Assembly (NCBI GenBank): GCA_905178155.1
Contig: CAJINV010000003.1
Location: 3,114,418-3,145,245, forward strand
DNA length: 30,828 bases
Source: Amoebophrya sp. A120
Taxonomy: Eukaryota; Protista; Dinoflagellata
Direction: 5' to 3'
Part shown: positions 12,201-24,700 of the stretch, in pieces
How positions within the stretch are numbered: position 1 is the first letter of the stretch
How the letters are laid out: every line of letters starts with the position of its first letter
Translations under genes and position numbers: made by a program
Notes under the pieces: model-generated
What the model saw: the letters and a program-made list of their open reading frames with translations, nothing else
Told to the model about the DNA's origin: nothing
The model's database searches: none

Positions 12201-13540
12201 TTTGAGAAAGCTTGGAAGCGTGCAGCGCCGGCGGTGAAGGATTTTCTGCAGTGCACCTGGAATATTCTGGTGTTGCCGCGCGACGGAATTACGCAGGAAA
12301 AATTCGAGATCCCATACGAAGCCTCCCAAGTAAGCCACAGAAGCTTCCAAAGTAAGCGCCTGGAAACGGCGCAAGACGCCGGATACCCGGGATGCATTGC
12401 AGTCGCGCGGGACTATCAAGACCTTCTGACTTGTTCTTCTTCCGCAGTCCGCGAGCTACTACTACAACGCGACAGCACCGGGGGCCTGGAAAGCAAAGCG
12501 AGCTCATCTTCCAGTCGTGCAGGGCCAATGCCGGCAAACACGACACTCGCGCAGTACTTGTCCTCCGCAGTGAGAGCGTACATCCAGCGAAATCGCCTCT
12601 ATGGCTTCGCGGCTGAAGAGGATCCAGAACCAGGCGCGGATAGGCAGGACGTCGACAATATCGTCCAAAGTACAGAAGTAGACCCGGTGGACGGTAGTTC
12701 TCCCACTGGAGCATCCGGGCAGGCCGAGACCGCGTCCCTGGTATCGGCGGGGCAGTTTTTTCGACGCCGGAAAGAAGTAGTGGACGAAACGGCGGCCGAC
12801 CAGAACATGCGGCTCATCCGGGGAGTTCTGTTTTGCGGGCCCTCGGGCTGCGGGAAGAGTACGCTGATTCGGATGCTGATTCGCGCGAGCGCGGAGGGAA
12901 CGATGACGCATCTGGACTACCAGATCAACGGCACCACCTCCAGTTACGAGAACTTAGTGTCGGATCAAGCGCGGGAAGCGGGACACCTGGCGTGCATTGA
13001 GGGCGTGCTGATTGAAAAGATCCCGGATTTGGATATAACCCGCTCATGTGTTACAAACTCAAACGTTGCAATAGAGTCTAGAGTTTGTGTTGCAAAATGC
13101 GGAACATCTGGCCTACTCCCACATGAGCGCGCATGACAAGTTTCGGAGCTCCAAACCGCATGGGAATCTGCCGAAATTTGTATTGCGAAAAGCCCAAGTC
13201 TCTGTTTGGTACTCATGCTATTCATGCAACACAAATTTCAGATTCTATTGTCACGTTTGAGATTGTAACATTTGAGCAAGCCATATTGGAACGTAGTTGC
13301 GGGATCTTTGTCGAAGCGATCGTTGATCTGCACTGCGGGAAGAAACAGTGCCTGGAGCGCGGCGGAGACAACACGGCCATCAACAAGTACATGAAAAACA
13401 CGGCGATACGGAAGCAACAACTCTGCAGCTTCCGGACTTCTAGTCCACGCCGGCACGTGGTGCAGGTTGACACGCAGGACCGGTCTCCGCTGGAAGTACT
13501 GGAGCTCTGTATACGGTTCCTGCGCCCCCGCGTTTTGTAG
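9279..13540 (+). CDS. ~1,110-aa fusion: Nudix hydrolase + mRNA cap guanine-N7 methyltransferase-like + NadD/NMNAT-like nucleotidyltransferase + P-loop kinase. Exons ~9279-9469, ~9633-10675, ~10881-11771, ~12073-13033, 13291-13540
   Basis: Nudix box G-x5-ESLEEAALRETREETHV. Cap-MTase-like motifs FREINNLI, VVDAAGGKGG, FVDISPVSV, VNCQFALHY, LRPGGLFCGT. NadD-like YTGAFDPPHVNH, LVLGQDS, LVLPR, SSSAVRE, AVRAYIQRNRLY. Walker A GPSGCGKST and C-terminal VDTQDRSPLEV. All three inter-domain linkers lie within single ORFs; introns fall inside domains. Confidence 0.85.
13034..13285. mobile_element. Intron-forming TIR element (family D), 252 bp, TSD TTGGA
   Basis: TTGGA at 13029-13033 and 13286-13290; TAT...ATA ends; long imperfect inverted arms (GCTCATGTGTTACAAACTCAAACGT / ACGTTTGAGATTGTAACATTTGAGC). 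Removal gives IPDLERSCGIFVE. Confidence 0.9.
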
Positions 13541-14191
13541 GCGAGCCAACTTGATGGTTGGTCGTGCGCGTTATGGCACTCACGCGGAGAAATCTGTATG
13601 TAATTTTCTGTAGTGGACCACTATGGTCACGACCTGCTCGTTTTATGTTTATCTTTCTACCAACAAGAACGACTCTGACACCAGTCGTGATGCTTGTAGG
13701 ATGCAACGAGTAGAAGTCAAAAGTTGAACAACTACCACGAAGCATGAAAGCGAGAACTGCAAGGAAACCTAATTAATAGCGACATGTTGAGCCAGTTTAT
13801 CTGCAATGGCCGAATTTTCCAACTTTCGTGCCCAAAACAGCTCTACTCAGAAGAGTCTAGAATATGAACCGACGACAGATGAAAAGGAGAAAGCGAGGTA
13901 GCCTTATTGACCCAATCTGTCCTTTAAACCGGCGACACTCTATAGAATCACACCAGCAACTTTCCGTCCTTAGAGGAATTGACGAGGATTTGTTTGCGAT
14001 TCCCGAACACTTCTGTTCAAATAAACGCTGCGCAAGTTTTTTGCGAACAGAGATACATAACAGCAACTGAAACCTCGTTCCGTCCATGCGTGGCTGGGGA
14101 GAAGAAAGAGGAGCGTGTCTGCGCGAAAGATAGAGGCGGGAACTTGGGCAGAAGGGCGGACGGCTGCTTGGAAATAAGACGAAAAGTAAAG

Positions 14192-14701
14192 ATGACCTCG
14201 TTTGCGACCGGTATTGCGCTTCGCATATATGTGAAGGTTTTTGGTTTGATGCTCGGCGCGGTGGGCGTTTCGCTCGTGTTGCAGGCGATTGGGGTTCTTT
14301 TTTCCTCGCACAGCAAGGTCGCGGTCTTGTTGATGCTGCTCTCTAGCCTGGTACTCCTCGCGGGGGAGTTCGCGGTGGTGTTTCATTTGCCCTTGCTGGC
14401 CCCGTTTGCGCCGAAGAGCCTGGTGTGGCTGGAACAAAACATCACGACGAAACTCGGGCGGAGCGTGGTCTACGGCGGGCTGGGCCTCGCGGGCGTTTTG
14501 TGCAACGTCGTGTATCATTTTCACGGATTCTACGCAGGCTGGAACTGCCTTCTCACCACCCTAGCGGCGGCGATATACGTACTGGAGCACGAGGAGGAGC
14601 CGGAAGCGGCAGCGGAGAAAGCCCCGATCGTGCCACCGTCCAAGAAAAAGAAGGCTACCGCAGCAGCGGCCTCCGAAGAGACGGCGAGTACGGCGGTCTA
14701 G
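14192..14701 (+). CDS. Single-exon ~169-aa multi-TM protein, possibly COPI-associated/Tvp15-like Golgi membrane family
   Basis: ATG in A-rich context, about four hydrophobic segments, TTKLGRSVVY resembling the family GRG-x-x-Y motif, charged C-terminal tail, GC-rich codons. Family call is tentative. Confidence 0.7.
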   Translation: MTSFATGIALRIYVKVFGLMLGAVGVSLVLQAIGVLFSSHSKVAVLLMLLSSLVLLAGEFAVVFHLPLLAPFAPKSLVWLEQNITTKLGRSVVYGGLGLAGVLCNVVYHFHGFYAGWNCLLTTLAAAIYVLEHEEEPEAAAEKAPIVPPSKKKKATAAAASEETASTAV

Positions 14702-15303
14702 AAAGTAAAAATCACAGTTGTGCAATATCAATGCGCAGAGCGAGAGAGAGATGACATGATGTAATTGCTCTGGCGTTGGACATTCACCAGGCTTCGGCTC
14801 TCGTGAACGGGCCATCTTCTTTTCCGGCAAAACGATAGTCTGTTTCTAGACGTGCGGTCCCTCGTTGTGCGTGTAACGTTTGCGTGCTTTTGGTGGATCT
14901 AAAGAGGAACATCTCGTGCCTTTTTGCTGCGGCTTGGCTTCCGATACATACTTGCCTGAGCTACGGGAGAACAGTGTCTATTGCTTTAGCGTTCCGAGCG
15001 GAGAGATAGCTACTTTCCACTGATCCACACCAAATACCGGTAACTTTGTGTGCTATCTGGTTTCTGTTCAATCAACGAGACAGCCACCGCGTCTTTGAGA
15101 GCATACGTGCGGAGAGACATGCTTCTATTAGCACAGGTGTTTCATCATCATGCAAGCAGCTAAATTCTACTTTTGCGTCGTGGCACAGACCAGTTACAGT
15201 TTTTAAACCCTGCTTTTAGAAAGCGAGAGCAACCGCGCCCAGTAGCGTGTAGACAGGGGAAAACACCACACGCGGTACGCAACTTCGTGTGATTGCAAAC
15301 ACC

Positions 15304-16203
15304 ATGTCCGAGGAAAAGGACGAAACAGAGGAAACCGCGTGGGCCAGCGAAGAGGTGGACAGAATCTTGCTGGAGACGTGTGACACCGTGTTGCTGGTAC
15401 TATTCGGTTTTATTTTGTGATGACAAGCGCAAAACATTTTGATTTGCAGAGAGATGGTCGAGCACGGCACTTTTTTGGCCTCGAACTTGCTTCGCACAAC
15501 TGTGCTTCCCTGAGTTGGTTGGCTTTGAGGCAAGATCTCGCACATATTACTTTGATGCCAGCACCAACTTGCGGATGAGTGCATTCAAGAACTTTGTATC
15601 AATCCAAACAAAAACAGAATGAGCAGTATTCCGACGAGAAGGTGGCGCAGTGGGTGAATGACATCTGCGAAATGGCCATGCAGAGACTGAACGAAACCAA
15701 GAAGCTATTCGATGTAATAAAAATGCCCCCCCCCCACCGCAGAGTTGCCATGCAACTCTGCATGCGGCCCAGAACATCTTTCGTGCGCAGCCCCAGGAGA
15801 AGCACTTTCTAGAAGTGCCGGTTTGATATTTGTAACGCTCTGATCATCAGGAGGAGGTGCAGAATTTGTGATGCGGCTGTATTGGCTGGGCACAATAATG
15901 ACACTGCCTAGCCAATTTTGAAATTGCCGTAGTGAGTGTCAAAGCCTCCTTCTGTGTTTGTGTAGCAAAATGCCCAACACGATGGGGCGGGGACGGTTTT
16001 TCTCAGGATAACAGCCATTCAAATGGGTGACCACCTGTCTGATCATGCACAGGAACGGCGCCGGCGTTCACAGTTCTGCGGCGGCTTTCTGGGACACAGC
16101 AAACGACGGGTTGCTGACAACCGTGTGGCCGAAAGATAAGGGAAAGAACGAAGGGAACAAGACGATTCAGGCGATTGTGACAGTCATTGGGACGGAGTTC
16201 TGA
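15304..16203 (+). CDS. DYNLT1: Dynein light chain Tctex-1 family; exons 15304-15396, 15618-~15704, 16015-16203
   Basis: Manual splice gives MSEEKDE..EEVDRILLETCDTVLL|NEQYSDEKVAQWVNDICEMAMQRLNETKK|PFKWVTTCLIMHRNGAGVHSSAAAFWDTANDG..NKTIQAIVTVIGTEF*, matching Tctex-1 hallmarks (KPFK, GAG-H, WD-x3-DG). Exact orthology is not established. Confidence 0.92.
15706..16010. mobile_element. Decayed intron-forming TIR element (family C-like), 305 bp, imperfect TSD GAAGC/ACAGC
   Basis: TAT...ATA ends; arms with A5 + C-run / G-run + T5 similar to the 19778 element; TTGTGATGC at 15866. Removal restores KKPFKW. Confidence 0.7.
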
Positions 16204-17107
16204 TGAACGTTGGTTCTGGGAGGTTCTGGCGCCCGTACGAAGGGGAATTCGAAGTAACTACTCGTTTTTTTTGTTTGAATAATCTAAATTTTGTGCGACT
16301 TGCTGGGAAAAGAACAGCAGATAAAAGACTCGAACGACTGATATTTTTCGCCACAGGCAACTTTGGATCTGAAATCTCGATCATCGCCGCGCTTAGTACC
16401 TACATTACGCCTTGACTGAACCTTAAAGTCAATCTGGATCAAAGATCGCGCTCGTTCTGCATGCGAGCCAGTACTTTAGAATCGGATGGGCACGTCAGTG
16501 AGTATCTCTTTGATGTGCAACGTGTTTCTGGCCGGAAGGCTTCGCAATTTGCAGCATACCCTGTTTGGAATCACATAGTCATTCGAAAATTTGGATCGAC
16601 GCGAGGTATGGTCCTGACCAAAAAAAGTCTATGCACATCGGTGATATTACACATGATCAAAGTTCGGATCTGAATATCAGTGGCTCGACGTTCTTCCTAA
16701 GGCTGCAGAAAGCAGAACCGTGTGGAGAAGACAGCGCACCTGGTCATAGGATATAAATATCGAAGCTCCTCAGTTCTGATCTAAATTGCCGTGACTAAAA
16801 TATCGATCTAAATACCGGAGATCCGCTATGTATTGTTTGAACATCGAGGCTCTTTTCAGAAAAACAAAGCTGATCGCTTAGAAATACGAAGATCCGACTT
16901 TATGATCTGCCTTCAAAAAGTACCGGCGCAATCGTGCAGATTCCGCTAAAACTCAAAAATCTAAATTGTCTGCGATCTGCTCCATACTAAGAGTCAACCT
17001 TCTCCCCTGTCATCGCTTTAAAAAACACACTTGTGATCCACAACAACCTCCAGGGAATCTTCTTTTCGGAAGATCGGTATCAGTAGAGAACAGTAGATTC
17101 ATCGAAA

Positions 17108-18088
17108 ATGGGCGCCTACAAGTACTTGGAAGAGCTGTGGAAGAAGAAGCAGTCCGATGTGGCTCGCTTCCTCGGCCGTATCCGCACCTGGGAGTTCCGT
17201 CAGTTGCCGGCGGTCCACCGTGCGTCCCGCCCGACCCGCCCGGACAAGGCGCGCCGCTTGGGATACAAGGCCAAGCAGGGCTTCTGCATCTACCGCGTCC
17301 GCATCAAGCGTGGCGGCCGCAAGCGCAAGGTATAAGCTCAGATTTAGAATTTTGTTTCAGCTTGTCAGGACCAGGAGCCTTCATTCTGTAAACAATTTTG
17401 TCTTTCGTTGGACTGGCGTTTTGACACGACGCTACTGTCAAGTGTGCAATCTTTTAAAACGTCACAACTCTTCAGGTCTCCAAGGGCATCTGCTACGGAA
17501 AGCCGTCCACTTCCGGCGTTAACAAGATCAAGGCCCACCGTAACCTGAAGTCCGTCGCTGAAGAGCGTGTCGGACGCAAGTTGGGGTCTCTGCGTGTGTT
17601 GAACAGCTACTGGGTGTGCCACGACGCCATGCACAAATGGTACTGCACACCGCTCTTGTCTACTTTGAAAGATAGAAATTTGACAACGTTTTCTAGGTTC
17701 TCGTGTTTAATATTTTTGGTCTCGGTCCAGTAGAAATGCCTACATGAAATTGCGCATTTATGCTTATGGACATATAGTCAGGCAGCGTGTAGTCCCACAA
17801 CATCGAGGAGAGATGTTAAAACTCACAATACCGAATCTTTTTTTCCAATTTTGAAACAGGTACGAGTGCGTGATGGTTGACCCCATGCACAAGGTCATCC
17901 GCAACGACCCGCGCATCAACTGGATCTGCAACCCGACCCACAAGCACCGCGAGATGCGCGGACTCACCTCCGCGGGCCGCAAGTCCCGTGCCATGCACCG
18001 CAAGGGAAAGGCCGCCCTCAAGTCCCGTCCGTCCATGCGGGCCTCCTGGAAGCGCCGCCAGATGCTCCAGCTCCGCCGTTACCGTTAA
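17108..18088 (+). CDS. RPL15: 60S ribosomal protein L15 (eL15); exons 17108-17329, 17476-17639, 17860-18088; 204 aa
   Basis: [74 protein letters not shown]. Two GT-AG introns; exons total 615 nt. Confidence 0.99.
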
Positions 18089-18776
18089 GCAGTTTTACTT
18101 CTGCTGGTGGTTTCTACGTGACGCTGTTCTTTCTACCTGGTTGGTGTGCACAATCAGTGATGGGAAAAATCGCTCGAGCGCTACTTGTGATGATGTAGAT
18201 TAGAACACACATCTTCGAACAATCTCTACTAAAATCGATTGATCACTCTGCATGGCTGTTTTGTGCACCACAGTTTTCACAGAGAACACGCCGCGTGAAC
18301 ATGTAGAATGCCTCGATGAAACGGAATCTACTACTGTACCATACTACCGATCCGAGAAACAAGAGCTAGAACGTTTGAAGCACGCGCTGAAGCCGCGATA
18401 GACAAGGAAAAGTGTTGTGTTGTTCGTGAACTACGCTGGTCGTACATCCGGAAGCGAGTCGTGAGAGACAGAGAGATTGACGAGCGACGGAGTCGCTGAC
18501 GAACGACAGAGTCGCATATAGAGACCGCAGAACTACATGAATGAAGTATACTGAGTGCGAGTGCTCATCGTGATGAGGTCGCAGTGTGATCGCACTTTGA
18601 GGTGGTCTTCCCGGTCGTTTCTATTAGCATTATTTTACCGTGCTTTTATTTTCTGTAAGTCAAACAGGGAAGTCAAAGAGGTGCACGAGCACGTGCGCGC
18701 AGAAGTCAGAGGTCGTGAGCAAAATGATATGCGCCCCAAGTATACCGCGTAGCCTGTAGCGGCCCAGAAAACAAAA

Positions 18777-21700
18777 ATGGGCGGTATTGTCTCGAAGAAG
18801 AAAGAGGAGCCTCCTCCGCCTCCACCGCCACCGCCGAGGCGCGTTACCGAGGCAGAAAAACCGAAGGCGAAGCCAAAAGCCCCACCACCTCCCCCGTCGG
18901 CCCCCGATGTAAGACTTTTGTTCACAGCATGCCAGTTCGCATGTCAACGCATGTTTTTTGCTGGGCTCCTTGCGATCTTTTTCAATATTGCGTTGACTCT
19001 TGCTTTCAAAATTTATACAGGAGGGCATCTTTGGGCAGGCACGGGAGCTCAATACGCTCCTCCTTGGCGGAGAGGACAGTACCTACCAGTTTACCTATAC
19101 GGTGGAACTGGACCGGCGGCAGTTTCTCACCTACCTGACGGAACCGCGGGCCTTTAAGATGCCCGACTTCGAGAAGGAGGAAGACTCGGATGACGAGGAG
19201 GAGACGGCGTTTCAAGCGCCGCTCGATCCCCGGGACGTGCTACTGCGGCAGCCGCACGAGCCACCAGGCTCGCGACCGAACAAGGCACCCATGCTCAAAG
19301 CGGGGTTGGCGCTGTCCGCAGCGAGAAGTACACTGAAGTTTATTTTGCGTTGTGACATGGCTGTCGGTTGTCTTTTTCTTTTATGTGCAGCGGCCCTGGT
19401 GTGCAACATGCGCGTTCTTGAGTCTAGAGAAAAATGTTGTCAGGCTTCATTTTTTTCTAAACTGAATCAATCAACAGGTGCGAAAAACTCGCCAGCAAAG
19501 AAGAAAAAGAAGAAGCCCACGACGGGGTGGAGACAAACAAATCAGCGCGTGACGTTCAAACCCGAGAACGCCATATTACCCGGTGGGCAGTACTATCTCG
19601 GAACAGATGAGCAGTTCACCAAAACGTACGAGCCTTGGGGGATCAAGTTCGACCTGCACAAATTTCCGCTGCAGGTGGAGAAAATTCAGTCCGGGTCGGT
19701 GGCGGACGAGCACGCGGCGCGGCACCCCCAGGACACGATCGAAACGGGGGACTTGCTCGTGGAGATCAATGACATGCTATCGAAAGGAAAAATCCCCCCT
19801 CCCCATATCGAAAACGAAATTTGTGATGCTGTATTTGAGGCCACAAATCAGATTTGTCTTGCTGGCGAGGACTGCAGGCCCATATCAGGCCTGAGTAGAC
19901 AAGTTTTGGCCTAGGCGCTTAGCATGGCAGACGTCGTCGCTGTAGGAGCAACAGCATGACAAACCGCCTGTAGAATGTGGCGGAGCCTGTAGACTTGCCT
20001 TCATGCAATACAGCGACGATTTGTGGTCTCAAATCTGCATCACAAATTTTCAGAAGTGTCCCGGTTTGGTATGGGGAGGGGGGATTTTTCCTCACAATAC
20101 ATGCCAGTCTGTCCCTCCGCCGGAGTGTACCACCAACGGCGAAAGACGAACATGAGCGCCAAGGAAATTAGGGAAGAAGAGGAGCTGGCCAAGATGAGCG
20201 TAGTTGTTGTTTTGTTGTTTTCGAACTAGCACGTTATTTACCGTTTATGTTTTTTGTTTTCCGTTGCAGTTTTTACATCGGTTTCTTTGTTTGTTCCCGA
20301 CAAGGTGATGAAAGGTGTTTGTTTGTGTTTAGGGCTGCGAAACGACAGTGGAACCTCGATACTTGACAGGAAACGCGTCTCCGTGCACGGGAAGAGGCGT
20401 TTTCACGAAAGCAAGTGGAAGACAAACCCAATCCCGTAGCCGAGGGCGAGGAGGGCGAGAAGAAAGAAGGCGAAGCTGGAGCGGAAAACGCAGAAAAAGA
20501 AAAGCCTGAGGAAAATAAATCGCTCACTGTTGCAGCCGCAGAGGTGGCGCCGGCGCGACCCCGCCGGGGTTCGCTGCTGCTGAACGCAAGCAGCACGGAC
20601 TGGCACGGCTACGACCTGTCCACGGTTGCGCGCATGGGCCCGAGTGGGAACCGGTTCGGGTTCTACCACTCCGAGAGCGACGTGGTGAAGCCGATTGACA
20701 ACCTCGCCTGGGACCAAGAGGAGGCGTACAGCCGGCTCGACGTGGTCAACAAGGAACTGTTTGACCTGTATTACTACACGCCCAAGGTGAAGCTGCGGTT
20801 CGTGCGGATGAACCTGCCCCAGTACGACGCGGGCCACGGGTTCTCCTACACATTGAACCTGGTCCGCAAGCGTCAGCCCGCCGGCATGCAGAAGACCCCG
20901 TGGGGGATCGTCTTCCACCTCGACTGGGAAGAAATCCCGGCCACCGAGATGATGGGGGACACGTTTTACACTAACACGTCGGGGACCACCAGTTTCGACG
21001 ACACCGCCTCGGTGCTGGATTCGGAGTCCGACCCGGGCGACCGCCAGAAGCAGGGGCTAGACCGTTTCGTGTCCGCGGCGCACGGACAGCAACAGCACGC
21101 GTTCGGCGGCTACCAAAACTACGAGGGCGGGCACATGGCGAGCGAGCCCAGCAGCCGGGTGCGGAAGCATCCACCGGCGCACCAGAAGAAGCGGCCGCTG
21201 GCCTTGACGGACATTGACGAGGTGGTGGAGCAGGCTGCTGACGTAAGAAGCGCGCCGAGGGCGTCGTCCTCCTCTGCTTCCTCTAGCAGTAGCAGCAGTC
21301 GTGGCCCCAGCAACGGGCTGCAGAGGGGTTCATCATCGAGGGAAGGCGAGCATTACGCGGAGCCGCCCCGGCGGCGGGACGTCAGCACGCGGGGCAGCGG
21401 ATACTCCCTGGACGAGGAGGAGGAAGATGAAGACCCGGAGGACGGCATGCCGCCAAGTGGACACCTGCGGTACAATCCGCTATCCCTGAGTCACACGCGG
21501 CGGTCGTACGAGGAGGAGGACGACGACCTGCTGGACACGCAAGAGCACCTGCCGGAGAGCGCACGGCTGCCACCGCCCGCGCAGCGACCGGTGCATCATG
21601 ACCTCCCGAGGATGAAGCCGGCGGAAACTACCGCCGCAAAACCGCGGCCGGCTCGCCGACGGCCCGGGACCAAGGAAGAGGACGAGGAGGAGGACCACCT

Positions 21701-24700
21701 GCACATGAGCTACCAACCCACGCAGCCGTTCCCCGACTCGCTGCTCGGGCTGGGGGGCGCCGGCGAGGAGAAGGGCGAGCGCGGCGAGGAGTTCACCGGC
21801 ACCGCGGAGGGCAGTCGCAGCGTGGAGCACACGCGCAGCAGCAGCTCGTCGAGTCAGCCCTTCATGCGGCAGGCGCCGGAGGAGCCGCGCCTGATCGGCG
21901 CGGATCACTTGCTAAACCGCAGCACGGCCGAGGGCTACGGCTTTGGGCGCAACCTGCGGCTGCGCCGGGTGATCAAGGTGCACAGCATCGAGAAGAGCAC
22001 CGTTGCGAGTCGGTGGAACGAGCAGGACCCGGACGTCCGGGTGTTACCCGGGGACAAGGTGATGAAGGTGCAGGGAGTGGACGTCTCCAGCATCCCCTGG
22101 GACTTTTTGCTGCTGCCGCCCTACCCGGACGAGGAGGAGTTGCTCGCGGGGCAGGAAGAGGAGGAGCGGTCCGAGCGGGCGGCCAAACGGAAGCAGGACG
22201 CGATGGCGGCCAGCAGCACCGGGAGCTTCGGCGGCGGCAGCCCCCTGTCGCGGTACTCGCGCCGGCACAATGAGGTGGACGTGAACATGACGATCGAGGA
22301 CCCGACGCCGGGCCCCGCGGGCGCCGCGTTCGAACGAAAGATGGAGGAGTGGAAGCTACAGGTGGTGGAGCAGTTCAACCAGCACCGCGCCCTGTCCACG
22401 ATTTTCGAACTCGTCATCGAAGTGCTGGCCGAACCGTCGACGCAGGCGGAAGCGACCGCGCGGCAGAAGCGCAACTCCAAGTTGCCCCCGCGGCTCCGGC
22501 AGAGAAAGTTTCGCACGTATTTGAAGTGCAAGGCAAACTACTTTCCGCGTGATTTGGAGCTGGAAATGGACCTGTACCGCTACGACCCGGAGGCGGCCAT
22601 CCGGAAGCACACGAAGCAGACCCTCCGGTCCCCGCGGCGCATGCTGGACTTCATGGAATCGGAGGGCGGGGTCAAGCCGCTGCCCAAAACGCAATCCCCG
22701 CAGAGTCCGATGCACCGGCCGAGCCCGCCGGGATCGCCGGACGCGGGCAAGGAGCTGGCCTTGAAAGAGATGGAGGAGGAGGTGTTTACGTACGAAGCGC
22801 CTCCCACGCTGGAGGTGCCCACCGCCCTCGCGAAGTCAAGGTTCAAGGTGTTCTTGAACCGCAGCGCCGTGGACCTGCCGTGGGGCATCTACCTGGACGA
22901 GAGGTTTGCGACGCTGAACATTTACATCGTGCAGGAGATCGAGGAGCAGGCCGAGGTATGGATTGCAAAAATGTCTGGGTCTGGAAGAATGCAGGACTTT
23001 GCCATGCAGATTTCGCATGACCCATGAGGTCTGTCATGCATGCCCTAGCATCAGACATTTTGCGAGGGCTTTCTGATGCTCATACCGCATGAGAAATGCC
23101 CTCTCCGCGTAGCGCCAATTACACCTTTTTTGCTGTTCATGCAATACAGATTTTATGTAGAGTCCAAATGCAGCATCACAAGTTGCATTCTTCCAGACCC
23201 AGACATTTTTGCATTTGATACGAGGCGCCGGTGTGCCAGTGGAACGAGTACGTCCAGTATCAAAGGCAAAAGTGTCTGGGTCTGGAAGGATGGAACTTGT
23301 GATGCGTCCTGTGGGTCACACAAAAAGCTGTGTTGCGTGATCACCAAAAGTTGTCCTTTTTTGACCAACCTGAGCGGGAGTTTCTCATGCAGGATAGGCA
23401 TGATAGAGACTTCGCAGAATCTGTCATGCTAGGTCCTGCATTCCAGATGTCATGGGGCATGGAAAATATGCATGACGAGTCTGCATTCTTCCAGGCCCAG
23501 ACATTTTTGCATTTGATATCAAGGACGTCGGGGCCTTCGGGTGCCAGCTGCAAACGGGGGACTTGGTTCTCTCGTTCAATGACAAGTCGGTGTGGCACGA
23601 GGCGGAGGGCGAGATTCAGCACGGGCTGAGGCTGGTGCTCGAGTGCTACCGCCCCCCCTACAAGCCCTGCGCCATGACGAGTCCGCCCTTCCTGCAGACC
23701 AACGAGAAGTTGCTGGACGTGTGCTGGGCCCGGTCGCGGTTCTTGACCACCGTGTACGACGACGAGGAGGCGCTCGCGAACACCCCCGACGGGGGGCTGC
23801 GGGACACGCACTACTGCGTGGTGCTGCACTCGTTGTCGCCGGACCGCTGGTACATCGTGGACGGCGCGACCCGGAAGGCGCAGGACATCTCTACAGTGTG
23901 CCACGCCATCCCCGCACCGGTCTTGTCCGTCAGCGTCATCAATTTGCCGTCGCTGCGCAGGTACAGGCAGTTGCGGTTTTTGTATGCTTGTTTTGAATTC
24001 ATCTCGACTTGTTGTTTTATTTTCGTCATTCTTTTCAGTACGAGTACTTACGCGTTTTTGACGGCTCTTCCTTCACACTGTACAACACACAGTTACGAGG
24101 CCTATGTGGCGATTCGCAACAGCCAGGGCTGGAGTCCGTTTTCCAAGGTGAGCAACCGCGAGCGGTTGGAGAAGTTCATTCAGCTGAAGATCGTCCAGAA
24201 AAAGAACGACGGCATCGCCGCGCAGATCCGGTTCGTGTGCGTGCTGGAGGGCCCGGACCGGGCGCCCCTGTTTGCGGACCCGGATTTGAACGCGCCCCTG
24301 CACAAGGAGGGCGTGGCGGCGGGCAGCATCATCGAGGGCACCGACCTGAAGAACGGGTGGATCCGCATGGAGAAGTCGAAGGGCGGTATTTTGTGGCAGC
24401 GGTACGCCCGGTCCGAGCACTTCATGCTCGAGGCGGAGCTCTACAAGCAGCATAAGCTGTTGGTGCTCGCCCCCACGTCGTTATGACAGTGCACAACTCC
24501 CCCCCTCATTTGTCATGCAAAACGCCAAATGCAGTCACTGCCCTGTGGCACTGTTTGCATGACAAATTTCGGAAGCCCGAACAGTACTACATCAGGCACA
24601 TAAATTTGTCATGCGTAGGCTCCGCGTGTGCTGGTGTTTGTATTGCTGTTCATGCCATACAAATTAGCGGGAGGGGGGGTTGTGCACTCTCATAGTCGTT

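Noticed and set aside
19774-20100. U12-type AT-AC intron reading
   Set aside because: No ATATCCTT donor or TCCTTAAC branch consensus; AT-AC arises only from sliding within the TSD.
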